DNA of 64,000 nt from Planctomycetota bacterium (GTDB taxonomy: Bacteria > Planctomycetota > Phycisphaerae > WQYP01), in the NCBI GenBank assembly GCA_021818445.1, contig JAKAEB010000015.1, positions 50-64,049 on the forward strand. The letters are read 5' to 3'. Shown piece by piece: positions 21,359-30,740 of the stretch; the first letter of the stretch is position 1; every line of letters begins with the position of its first letter. The translations under genes and the position numbers were made by a program. Under the pieces are notes generated by a model, which was not told where the DNA came from, searched no databases, and saw only the letters and a list, made by a program, of their open reading frames with translations.

Positions 21359-22000
21359 GTGCACTGGTTGATTGATACGCCGTTGGTGCTTGTGATGCTG
21401 CTGAATCTGTTCATGCTGGGCGTAAGCCGCATGAGATCGCTTATTTACTCTGCCGCCGTCCAAGGCGTCGTATTAAGTCTGTTACCGTTGCTGCTGGAAA
21501 AGCAGATTGGCGCGATGATTATTGTGGTGGCCGTGGTAACCGTCGCGATTAAAGGTGTATTAATTCCGCAGATGCTCCACAAGGCCCTGCTTGACGTGCA
21601 GATCAAACGCGAAGTCGAACCACTGATTGGCTTTTTGCCCACCATGCTCATGGGGGCCTTGGGGACGGCGTTGTCAATTGCTTTTGCGGCGTATTTGCCC
21701 ATGACGCAGGCGGGAAGTTCCACCCTGATTATTCCGGCCTCATTTTCGACAATGCTGACCGGCTTTCTGCTTTTAACCACACGATATAAAGCCATTACAC
21801 AAGTCATTGGCTATCTGATACTGGAAAATGGAATTTACATTTTTGGCGTTTTGCTCCTGACGGCAGTGCCCTTTCTGGTGGAGATGGGAATTTTACTGGA
21901 TTTATATGTAGGCATTTTTGTGGTCAGCATTATTCTCAATCATATCACCAAGGCGTTTTCATCCCTCGATACCCGCCGACTTACGGCCTTGAAGGAATAG
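21359..22000 (+). CDS. HyfE-like small membrane subunit
   Basis: 213-aa hydrophobic protein in the position and size of hydrogenase-4 HyfE. It is operonic, with a 3-nt gap to the previous gene. Confidence 0.7.
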   Translation: MHWLIDTPLVLVMLLNLFMLGVSRMRSLIYSAAVQGVVLSLLPLLLEKQIGAMIIVVAVVTVAIKGVLIPQMLHKALLDVQIKREVEPLIGFLPTMLMGALGTALSIAFAAYLPMTQAGSSTLIIPASFSTMLTGFLLLTTRYKAITQVIGYLILENGIYIFGVLLLTAVPFLVEMGILLDLYVGIFVVSIILNHITKAFSSLDTRRLTALKE

Positions 22001-22006
22001 GCTTGC

Positions 22007-23446
22007 ATGTTGTTGCCTGTGCTTATTTTCATTCCGATTCTGGCGGCCATTGCGGCGGCCGCGATCACGTCCAATGTTTTGCGCCCCTGGATAATGCCGG
22101 TGGCGGCAGGCCTGCATTTTGCCGGGACGCTGGCCGTGATGAATGTAAATACAGCGCCAATATGGGGTGGCTGGGTGGGCATGGACCCACCGGGGAAGCT
22201 TGTGCTGCTTTTAATCAGCACCTTATTTCTGATTTGCGCAATTTATATCGTTGGCTATTTGCGGTATCGTACCGAGCGATCGAATCGAGTTTTAATTCCA
22301 TGCCTGCTGATATTTGCGGCCGGCGCGACACTGGTAACCTGTGCCCAGCAATTGGGATTGATGTGGATCGGCGTGGAAACCACGGCTCTCAGCACCGCAC
22401 CGATGATTTACTTTAACCGCACGCCGCGCTCCGTCGAGGCCACCTGGAAATATTTAATGTTAAGTTCAGTCGGCATCGCACTGGCACTTCTGGGTTCCTT
22501 TTTTCTGGTTTACGCATCGTTGGCAAATCATCAGCATGCAACTTTGATCTTCTCGCATCTGGTGCGGCACGCAGGGGCGGCTAATGCGCTCTGGCTCAAG
22601 ATGGCATTTGTGTTTTTACTGATTGGATACGGTACAAAAATGGGGCTGGCACCCGTGCACACCTGGAAACCGGATGCATACGGTGAAGCGCCGGGCGTGA
22701 TAGGGGCTTTACTGGCGGGTGGATTGACAAGCCTGGCGTTTCTGGCAATTTTGCGCGTTGATCGGGTCTGCATCGCCGGTGGTTTGCAGTCGTATACAAG
22801 CCACCTACTCATCGGCATGGGGCTGCTGTCCATGATCGTGGCGGCGGTGTTTGTGCTGGGCCAGAAAGATATTAAGCGCATGCTGGCTTATTCAAGTGTG
22901 GAGCAAATGGGAATTTTAGCCTTGGGTGCAGGTATTGGTGGCCCCGCTCTTTATGGATCGCTGCTGCAAATGATCAACAATGGCCTCGCTAAAGGCATGT
23001 TGTTTCTCGCGGCGGGTAATATCCACCGATCTTATGGCAGTAAAAACATCGATGAAGTTCACGGAGCGATGCGGCGGCTACCTTTGTCCGGCACCATTTT
23101 CATGCTTGGCTTTCTGGCTATCGCCGGATCACCACCGTTTGGACCATTCGTCAGCGTGTTCACTATCCTCAACGCCATCTTCGCCAGGCATTTCTTTTTT
23201 ATATGCGGGTTATTTTTATTCCTGTTGCTGATTGTGTTTGTCGGCATGGGCCGCACAGTATTGGCCACTGTATTTGGGAAAACATTACCGCGAAAGCGTT
23301 CCATTAACGCTTATCACGATGGCTTGATGACGAGTCTTCCTCTGATGTTGTCGCTTCTTTTGATATTGATACTCGGCGTGCACATTCCGTCATTTCTCAC
23401 GCACATGCTGCGTCAGGCAGAGGCATTTATGCAGGTGCAGCCATGA
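22007..23446 (+). CDS. second antiporter-like subunit (HyfF/NuoN-M-like)
   Basis: The motif WKPDAYGEAPGVIGALLAGGLTSLAFLAILR is NuoM/N-type. The gene ends in an ATGA overlap with the next gene. Confidence 0.85.
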   Translation: MLLPVLIFIPILAAIAAAAITSNVLRPWIMPVAAGLHFAGTLAVMNVNTAPIWGGWVGMDPPGKLVLLLISTLFLICAIYIVGYLRYRTERSNRVLIPCLLIFAAGATLVTCAQQLGLMWIGVETTALSTAPMIYFNRTPRSVEATWKYLMLSSVGIALALLGSFFLVYASLANHQHATLIFSHLVRHAGAANALWLKMAFVFLLIGYGTKMGLAPVHTWKPDAYGEAPGVIGALLAGGLTSLAFLAILRVDRVCIAGGLQSYTSHLLIGMGLLSMIVAAVFVLGQKDIKRMLAYSSVEQMGILALGAGIGGPALYGSLLQMINNGLAKGMLFLAAGNIHRSYGSKNIDEVHGAMRRLPLSGTIFMLGFLAIAGSPPFGPFVSVFTILNAIFARHFFFICGLFLFLLLIVFVGMGRTVLATVFGKTLPRKRSINAYHDGLMTSLPLMLSLLLILILGVHIPSFLTHMLRQAEAFMQVQP

Positions 23447-24993
23447 CCAACATGTCGGCAAAGCAAAATAATCCCATGGCGGAAATATCCAACGGGCAGG
23501 TTCTGGCTCGGTCCGCAATACCGGATATGCCATTGCCCGAGTTTCAACATGCGATTGTGGACGCGGTCGAGGCACATCATAGGATATGTGCACTCTTCGG
23601 CTCTCTCGATGCCGAGGATGAGTCCTGTTTGACGCTCTATGTGGTCCTTGCCGACGATCACCGTAACCGACTGTATGTTGCAAGCGCCAACGTATCGAGC
23701 GATGGTTTCCCGTCGCTGACGCCGCGATGTCCGCAGGTGCATCTGTTTGAGCGGGAAATCGCTGAGCAATTTGGCGTTAAGCCGATGGGCCATCCGTGGC
23801 TCAAACCAGTACGATTCCACCGCAGCTATCGCTTGGGAACTGATGCGTGGAATCGTGGTGACAATGATGCCGTCGAGGCAGGGATTATGGACTATTATCA
23901 GATTACGGGCGGGCAGGTCCATGAGGTGGCCGTCGGCCCGATCCACGCAGGGGTTATTGAGCCGGGGCACTTTCGATTTCAATGTGACGGCGAAGTAATA
24001 CTGCACCTGGAAATTTGCCTGGGTTATCAGCATCGTGGTATTGAACGGGCAATGGAGCGTGGCCCAAATAAGCGATCTTTGCATTACGCCGAGACACTTG
24101 CCGGAGATACCACCGTGGGGCATGCCAGTGCCTACACCCAGTTGATGGAATCACTGGGAAGCTGCCAGATCAGCCCGCGTGCCGCAGCCATCCGCGGCAT
24201 TGCCATGGAACTTGAACGCCTCGCGAACCACATGGGCGATCTTGGTGCCTTATCCGGTGATGTCGGATTTCTTCCCACGGCCTCATTCTGCGGACGGATT
24301 CGGGGCGATTGCCTTAATATGACCGCCGCGCTTTGCGGCAACCGATTTGGCCGGGGATTACTACGGATCGGTGGGGTAAGGTTTGATGCGGACGCGGCGC
24401 TTGCCGATGACCTGATTAGACGACTGGACGCCATCGAACACGACTCCTGTGCGGCGATAAACTTATTGTGGGAAACATCATCGGTCATGGCGCGGTTTGA
24501 AGGTATTGGTGCTGTTTCCGAAGAAGTCGCACGGGAAATTGGCATGGTTGGTCCGGCGGCCCGCGCCTGCGGACTGGATTTGGATTTGCGACGCGATCAT
24601 CCCTCGGGTATCTATCAGTTCAACCACATCCCGGTTTCCACCTGGCGCGGTGGTGATGTCTTTGCCCGGGCGTATGTGCGTTGGCTGGAGATTCAACGTT
24701 CTATTCTGTACATCAGGGAGCAACTCAAAGCCCTGCCTGCCGGATTAATGCAAGTTGATTTTTCCGCTCCGCGGCCAGAGGCTCTGGTTGTGACCTTGCA
24801 GGAAGCATGGCGCGGCCAAATATGTCATATAGCCCTTACGGATGCCCAAGGCCGCTTTGAACGCTACAAAATTGTTGATCCATCTTTTTATAATTGGATG
24901 GCCGTAGCGATGGCGGTGCGAGGTCAGCAGATATCTGATTTTCCTTTGTGTAATAAAAGTTTTAATCTTTCATACTGCGGACACGACTTATGA
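23443..24993 (+). CDS. group-4 hydrogenase-like large subunit (fused NuoC-NuoD/HycE-like) lacking [NiFe]-binding cysteines
   Basis: It has a NuoC-like N-terminal domain. It also has the HycE-like core VGPIHAGVIEPGHFRF...LGYQHRGIE. Where HycE has the RxCGxC motif, the sequence reads ETLAGDTTVGH (Cys replaced by Ala and Thr). The C-terminal DPCxxCxxR position reads NLSYCGHDL. No CxxC occurs anywhere in the 516 aa. Confidence 0.85.
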   Translation: MTNMSAKQNNPMAEISNGQVLARSAIPDMPLPEFQHAIVDAVEAHHRICALFGSLDAEDESCLTLYVVLADDHRNRLYVASANVSSDGFPSLTPRCPQVHLFEREIAEQFGVKPMGHPWLKPVRFHRSYRLGTDAWNRGDNDAVEAGIMDYYQITGGQVHEVAVGPIHAGVIEPGHFRFQCDGEVILHLEICLGYQHRGIERAMERGPNKRSLHYAETLAGDTTVGHASAYTQLMESLGSCQISPRAAAIRGIAMELERLANHMGDLGALSGDVGFLPTASFCGRIRGDCLNMTAALCGNRFGRGLLRIGGVRFDADAALADDLIRRLDAIEHDSCAAINLLWETSSVMARFEGIGAVSEEVAREIGMVGPAARACGLDLDLRRDHPSGIYQFNHIPVSTWRGGDVFARAYVRWLEIQRSILYIREQLKALPAGLMQVDFSAPRPEALVVTLQEAWRGQICHIALTDAQGRFERYKIVDPSFYNWMAVAMAVRGQQISDFPLCNKSFNLSYCGHDL

Positions 24994-25018
24994 CGTATAC
25001 CGCCCCCGAGGACCCGCG

Positions 25019-25822
25019 ATGATCAACGCCTTGATTGCCCGCCTGAAACAAGGCTACGGTACGGTGGATTATCCGTCCGCCAAAGCCGCGTTGCCAGCCA
25101 TGCCGGACCGATTTCGAGGTCGGCCGTTATTCGATACAACCCGCTGTGGAGACGGATGCCGCCATTGCGCTGACGCATGCCCCACGGAAGCGATCGCGAT
25201 CAAAGGTAAGAACATTTCAGTGGATTTGGGCCGCTGTCTATTCTGTACCGATTGCATGGATGCCTGCCCGGAAAAATCTGTGAGTCATTCCGCCGACTAC
25301 CGCCTCGCGGTGCGCGATGCATCAGATCTGGTGGTGCGCGACGAACAGGAACTGAAATTGGCCACGGAATTAGACCGCCAATTACGTCGACTTTTCGGTC
25401 GGAGCCTGCACTTAAGGCACGTGAGTGCCGGTGGATGCAACGGCTGCGAATCGGATGTAAATGTGCTCGGAACGATCGGATGGGACATGTCGCGATTCGG
25501 AATTTCGTTGGTTGCTTCGCCGCGCCATGCTGACGGGCTATTGATCACCGGGCCGGTGACGCAAAATATGAGGCAGGCTCTTAGAATCGCCTATGATGCC
25601 GTCCCCGATCCCAAAATTGTCATCGCCGTCGGAGCTTGCGCCCTGTCTGGTGGCCCATATATTAATCATGCCGAGGTTAGCAACGGCGCAGACGATGTTG
25701 TGCCCGTTGACTTGTATATCCCCGGCTGTCCACCCCATCCACTGACAATTCTTGATGGTCTCTTGCGTCTTCTGGGTACTAAAAACCTGGATGACCGACA
25801 GGTAACCAAACGCGGCGGCTAA
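25019..25822 (+). CDS. ferredoxin (2x[4Fe-4S]) fused to HycG/NuoB-like small subunit
   Basis: The N-terminus carries CGDGCRHCADACP and CLFCTDCMDACPE cluster motifs. The C-terminal half reads GGCNGCESDV...SPRHADGLLITGPVT...VGACALSGGPY...YIPGCPP, which matches HycG with all proximal-cluster ligands present. A GAGGA RBS lies upstream. Confidence 0.85.
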   Translation: MINALIARLKQGYGTVDYPSAKAALPAMPDRFRGRPLFDTTRCGDGCRHCADACPTEAIAIKGKNISVDLGRCLFCTDCMDACPEKSVSHSADYRLAVRDASDLVVRDEQELKLATELDRQLRRLFGRSLHLRHVSAGGCNGCESDVNVLGTIGWDMSRFGISLVASPRHADGLLITGPVTQNMRQALRIAYDAVPDPKIVIAVGACALSGGPYINHAEVSNGADDVVPVDLYIPGCPPHPLTILDGLLRLLGTKNLDDRQVTKRGG

Positions 25823-25881
25823 TCTGCGTGTGAAATTTGGCGTAGACCGGCGGTGCTCGTTCGTTGCTTTTTGGCCAATGT

Positions 25882-27279
25882 TTAACCGAGCAACCGCAGG
25901 GCGGCGTCGATGTTTTTACACACATGAACCGTCAAACGTCCCTGCACGCTATCGACCGCCTGCCGATCGGCGGCGCTGCGGATGGGGCCGGTAACCAAGT
26001 GCTTGTAGCCGAGACGACATACCTCATTGATGCGCTGTGCCAGCGAGGCCACAGGGCGAAATTCACCCAGCAAGCCAATTTCTCCAACGACTACGGTGCC
26101 AGCCGAGAGACCGCGCCGCAGATGCGAACCGGCAATTGCCAGTGCCATGGCGGCATCCACGGCCGGATCGGTCACTTTCATGCCACCAACGGCATTGACA
26201 AATACGTCCTTATCCAGCAGGCGAAATTCAGCATGTTTTTCCAATACGGCAATCATCATCGCGAGGCGATTGGGGTCGCACCCGGCGGCCTTGCGGCGGG
26301 CGGCACCCAGGGCACTCTCGGCGGTAAGGGCCTGAATTTCAACCGGCAGCACGCGCGATCCCTGCAGGCAGGCTGTCAGCACGCTGCCGGGGGGGGATCC
26401 CGCCCCGGCTTGAATCAGCAACGAGGCGGCATCATCCACCACTTCCAGCCCGCCGGCCGTCATGCGGAATAACCCCACCTCCAATGTGCTGCCGAATCGA
26501 TTTTTAATACAGCGAACGATGCGGTGATCGTGATAGGAATCGCCTTCGAAATAGAGAACGGTATCGACGATGTGTTCAATAAGTTTAGGCCCTGCCAGCA
26601 GGCCACGCTTGGTGACGTGACCGACCAGACAGACGGCAGTTCCACTGGCTTTGGCCAGATATACGAGATTGGTGCAGCAATCTTTTAATTGTGACACACT
26701 GCCGGGGGCGGAATGGTTGGCATCTTGATAGATAAGCTGGACGGAATCGACGATGCACAGATGGGGACGGAGTTTTTGAATCTGCTCACCAATCTTATCG
26801 ATGTTGGTCTGGGCGTACACGAGCAGATTATCACTCGATGCACCAAGGCGGGTAGCGCGGAGACGGGTTTGCGGTGCCGACTCTTCGCTGGATACATAAA
26901 GCACTTTCAACCCTTGGGCGGCGAGTTGCTGGCCGACCTGCAGCAGCAGGGTGGACTTGCCAATTCCGGGATCGCCACCGAGCAGAATAGCCGCCCCCGG
27001 TACCACGCCACCACCGATGACACGATCAAATTCGGCCAGTCCGGTGGCCATGCGCGGTGTTTGCATATCGGGGATTTGCGAGACCGGCAGGGCGGGTAAA
27101 TCCGTGTCGACGGTCGGATTGCCACCATTGGCGGAGAGAACTTTGGGGCGATGTGCGTCGTTGGATGCGAAGGTTTCTTCCAGTGCATCCCACGCGTCGC
27201 ACTCGGGGCATTTGCCCATCCATTTGCTCTGCATGGCACCGCATTGGCGGCAGACAAAATAGTTTTTAGTTTTCGCCAT
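25882..27279 (-). CDS. radA: DNA repair protein RadA/Sms
   Basis: It has an N-terminal C4 zinc finger (CRQCGAMQSKWMGKCPECDAW), a RecA-like Walker A (GGDPGIGKSTLLLQ), the KNRFG motif and a Lon-protease-like C-terminus. The start at 27279 gives MAKTKNYFVCRQCG. Confidence 0.9.
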   Translation of the reverse strand: MAKTKNYFVCRQCGAMQSKWMGKCPECDAWDALEETFASNDAHRPKVLSANGGNPTVDTDLPALPVSQIPDMQTPRMATGLAEFDRVIGGGVVPGAAILLGGDPGIGKSTLLLQVGQQLAAQGLKVLYVSSEESAPQTRLRATRLGASSDNLLVYAQTNIDKIGEQIQKLRPHLCIVDSVQLIYQDANHSAPGSVSQLKDCCTNLVYLAKASGTAVCLVGHVTKRGLLAGPKLIEHIVDTVLYFEGDSYHDHRIVRCIKNRFGSTLEVGLFRMTAGGLEVVDDAASLLIQAGAGSPPGSVLTACLQGSRVLPVEIQALTAESALGAARRKAAGCDPNRLAMMIAVLEKHAEFRLLDKDVFVNAVGGMKVTDPAVDAAMALAIAGSHLRRGLSAGTVVVGEIGLLGEFRPVASLAQRINEVCRLGYKHLVTGPIRSAADRQAVDSVQGRLTVHVCKNIDAALRLLG

Positions 27280-27349
27280 GCAGGGATTATACGGCATATA
27301 TCAAAGGCGGCAGCCTGGGCACCGGTCCGGCGGCGGGGAAAAGCCGCCC

Positions 27350-30280
27350 CTACATAGCCTGCGCATTTTTGAGATGGCGCAAGGATTCACGAATTTTTTC
27401 CGATTTAATCCGATGCTCCAATCGCTTCAGCAGCCGCCTTTGACGCTTGGTGAGCGGCGGACGGGCGTAGATGGCTTTCACCCCAGCCTGCCACACGAGC
27501 AGAGCGCCGTGCCAGTCGCCGATCTTGGCCAATGCATTGCCCAGATGACGGTAAACCGTGGGATGACGAAACCCGGCCAACACCGCGGCTCGCTGGAGGT
27601 ATGGAATCGCGCGGGCCGCAAAGCCGAGCTTATAGAGGCCCCAGCCATAACTATCCAGATATTGGGCGGTATTCGGATAATTATGAACCGCCAATGCAAT
27701 ATGCGCCAGGGCCTGCCGCAAATGTATCTTCTGCTGAACCATTTCAAAACCCAGATTATTGTTCGCATACGCGTTCTGTGGGGCGATGGCCAGAATACGA
27801 CGATAGACCGCTAAAGCCGCGGATCGCCGATGCAACTGCCAGTAGGAATTGGCCAGGCGGGAAAGGTCTTCAAAACGGGGGATGGGGCGATCGACAAGCT
27901 GCCGCGCCACAGTCAATGCAGCCGCATAGTGGCGAGACCTGAAGTCAATCCGCCAGAGGGCCTGAAGTGCATGGAGGCTGTGGGGGCTTGTACTTAGCCA
28001 GCGTGCCACCAGTTGATGGGCCTGCATCCAAAGGTGATTGTGCAGCAGCACCTCAAGGTACGCCTCACGAATACTGGCAGATTGAGGATAGCGAGCCGCA
28101 ATTTGACGGGCATAAAGATAGGCGGTACCGGCGGCACCGGTTTGGTCACACAGTTCGGCGTATTGATTCAGCAGAAGGGCATTGGCGGGATGATAGCGCA
28201 GGGCCGTTCGTAATATGTGTACGCTGGTGCGGGCATGCCCCATGCTGTTGCCAAGCGAGGCGAACCAAACGGCGGCCAGCTTGCTGGTGGGATACGCCCG
28301 GTGAGCGATTGCGCTTTCTCGCTGCACAGCCACCCAATTGTGGTTGAGAGAATCCACTATGGCTGCCACAATCAGATGGCGTTTGCCGAGGGGAAATCGA
28401 GCTAAAAACTTCTGGGCTTGGCGACGAAAGGCTGGTATATCGCCGAAGGCATACTCTGCCTGAACCAATCGGAAGGCCAGCCGACGGCTTTGCGGAAACA
28501 ATTCCTCTTCGCGGTGGAGAAGCGCAATTTCACGCGGAAAATTCTCCTGTTGGTCGGCCAGATGTTCGGCCTCGCGCCACAGTGCGCGGTAATGCGGATG
28601 CCGATCGATGCCATTTGCGGCTGCAGTCAGGGCGGCGGCAAGGCGATCAGCGGCGGCGAATACTTGCGCCTGCGTAACCGAGGCCGCGGGCCCGCCAAGA
28701 CGCTCGGCCAAAGCCGTGCGTACCAGGGCGTCGGCTTGCTTAAAGTGGTGAGCCAAAGCCAAGGCAAGACACTGGGCTTTAAGTGTTGGCCAAAATTGGG
28801 TGGCCTGATGCAGCGTTTGGGTGGTCACGGCCAATGCAAATTGGCGGTGGCCACTGAGGAGTGCTGCATCATCCACCAAAGCATACTGCCAGTCCAACTG
28901 TTCCACCTGGTGCTGTGCGCTGAGGCCGGTGCTGATTAACCGGCCACTCTGAACATCCTGTAACAGCCGACGCACTTCAGATGGCGCTGGATGGGAGCCT
29001 GAAAAATCGGCGGCAATGGTGCCCGACAGGCTTGGCAGGATGTGTCCCTTTGCCAGTTGTCGGGTGACAAGTTTAATGGCCTGTTCGCGGTGGCCAGTGC
29101 TGATGGCGAGCACGATGTACTGCTGCACCAGATCGGCATGCGGTGCGGGCTGGGTTATTAACTGGGCGTAGATACGGCGGGCGGCATTGAGATGGCCGAC
29201 ATTCCAAGCGGCCTTTCCAGCAGCAGCGAGGGCCGTGTGCGCATCGATGGAACCCGACTTGTATGAGCGTACCGCGGTGAGAATATCCGCCGAGCCGTTC
29301 TGATTAAGTTCCAAATTGGTCAGCAGGGTGATGGAAGGACGGCCTCCATGGGTATGAACGCAATAGCTTACGGCATCGCGGGCGGCGGCGTGCGGATGGC
29401 CGGTAAATTGCTCAGCCAAGGCAAGCTGGCCCAGGATGACGGGGTTGGTGAATCCTTTTTTGTGTGCCACGGTGAAGGCGATGATGGCATCCTGCGGGTG
29501 GCCGGCGAGGAGCGCATTGCGACCAATTAAAAATTCAATAAGACCCCGGCTATGAAGCAGCCGCCGGTCCTGCCGGTTGAATTGATATGTCACAGCGGGT
29601 GTGTGCAGCAATGTCGCCACCTGACGATAGGCAGTTTCAGCCGCGCGGTAGTAGCCATTGGCCTGCAGCGCAGCACCCAATAAAAGATCGATGCGCGGCA
29701 GCCATGGAGAATCGGCTTTAAGCTGCGGCGATTGGCGGGCAATCAACAAATGCCGCAGGACGGCGGCATTGTCGCCACGTGCGAACTGGGCGGCATGCAC
29801 CTGCAGAAGCGGATTTTGCGGGTCCAGACGAAGTGCCAAGCTGAAATATCGGTCGGCGTCGGCAGTGTCTCCCATGCGGCTGGATACCTGCCCAAGCGCC
29901 ATGAGAATTTTAATTCCGTGGGGATCAAGTTTTCGGCTCTGCGATAATAAATAGCGGGCACCGGCATACTGACCGCGGTACATGGCGTTAAGCCCGAGGC
30001 CATATAACGAAAGTGCTTTTTCCCGCTGCTTGCCGTGGGCTTTTCCGGTACTGGGAACAATCGGCATTTTCACCGCCGCGAGAATCTGCATCAGGCGGAC
30101 GTGGCGACGGGCATCGCCATGGGCCAGGGTGGGCGCATTCAACCCCTGCCCCACCGAATAGAATATTGGCTTGTAAAACGCCGTTGGTACATGCATGGGT
30201 GCGGACGGATGGAATTGATTCGCCGCACAACCGGAAATAGAGGCGACGGTCATCAAGAGGAACCATGCAGAGCGTTTCAT
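27350..30280 (-). CDS. large TPR-repeat lipoprotein
   Basis: The start MKRSAWFLLMTVASISGC is a lipoprotein signal peptide with a lipobox. An AAGGA RBS lies upstream. It is followed by ~950 aa of degenerate TPR-like helical repeats (W/LG/Y/A/F/A/P spacing). It is co-oriented with radA downstream. Confidence 0.75.
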   Translation of the reverse strand: MKRSAWFLLMTVASISGCAANQFHPSAPMHVPTAFYKPIFYSVGQGLNAPTLAHGDARRHVRLMQILAAVKMPIVPSTGKAHGKQREKALSLYGLGLNAMYRGQYAGARYLLSQSRKLDPHGIKILMALGQVSSRMGDTADADRYFSLALRLDPQNPLLQVHAAQFARGDNAAVLRHLLIARQSPQLKADSPWLPRIDLLLGAALQANGYYRAAETAYRQVATLLHTPAVTYQFNRQDRRLLHSRGLIEFLIGRNALLAGHPQDAIIAFTVAHKKGFTNPVILGQLALAEQFTGHPHAAARDAVSYCVHTHGGRPSITLLTNLELNQNGSADILTAVRSYKSGSIDAHTALAAAGKAAWNVGHLNAARRIYAQLITQPAPHADLVQQYIVLAISTGHREQAIKLVTRQLAKGHILPSLSGTIAADFSGSHPAPSEVRRLLQDVQSGRLISTGLSAQHQVEQLDWQYALVDDAALLSGHRQFALAVTTQTLHQATQFWPTLKAQCLALALAHHFKQADALVRTALAERLGGPAASVTQAQVFAAADRLAAALTAAANGIDRHPHYRALWREAEHLADQQENFPREIALLHREEELFPQSRRLAFRLVQAEYAFGDIPAFRRQAQKFLARFPLGKRHLIVAAIVDSLNHNWVAVQRESAIAHRAYPTSKLAAVWFASLGNSMGHARTSVHILRTALRYHPANALLLNQYAELCDQTGAAGTAYLYARQIAARYPQSASIREAYLEVLLHNHLWMQAHQLVARWLSTSPHSLHALQALWRIDFRSRHYAAALTVARQLVDRPIPRFEDLSRLANSYWQLHRRSAALAVYRRILAIAPQNAYANNNLGFEMVQQKIHLRQALAHIALAVHNYPNTAQYLDSYGWGLYKLGFAARAIPYLQRAAVLAGFRHPTVYRHLGNALAKIGDWHGALLVWQAGVKAIYARPPLTKRQRRLLKRLEHRIKSEKIRESLRHLKNAQAM

Positions 30281-30740
30281 AGTCATCCTTATGCTGGATC
30301 GCAAATTTGCTGGTGAGCAATGTGCGATGGACCAAGTGAGAAATTGTAGCTTGATCCCCTGCAAAAGGGCATTCTAAGAACGTGCGGTTTGAATTTGTAA
30401 GCTGTCGGCAGGCAGCCATGCCGAAGCGCTGCGCAATGGTTTTGGGGCAGATAACCGGTAAAGAGCCTGTCCAAGCAGTGGCAGAGCTGCGATGTGTCGA
30501 AAATGCCCCGGATGGGAGGCACCGGGCCGATGGCGACTCTGAGATGAGTCCGAGAACGCCGCAGACGGGTGAGGACACCCGCGTCCCCCGGGGCTCCCGA
30601 AAAAAATGCCACGCCAGTTATTACCCGGACAGGCTCATGGGGTTGAAAAAAAGTTGGTAATCAGCATGATGCACGTAGTTTTCGGCTTGCCGAGATGACG
30701 TGGATTGAGGGCTAAGAGCCCCATGATTGAGGAGAACTGA

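Noticed and set aside
23443-24993. Annotation of the large subunit as a functional [NiFe] hydrogenase / formate hydrogenlyase HycE
   Set aside because: Both Ni-ligand cysteine pairs are absent, with no CxxC in the protein. No maturation (hyp/hycI) or formate dehydrogenase genes are present. It is therefore called hydrogenase-like (Ehr-type).
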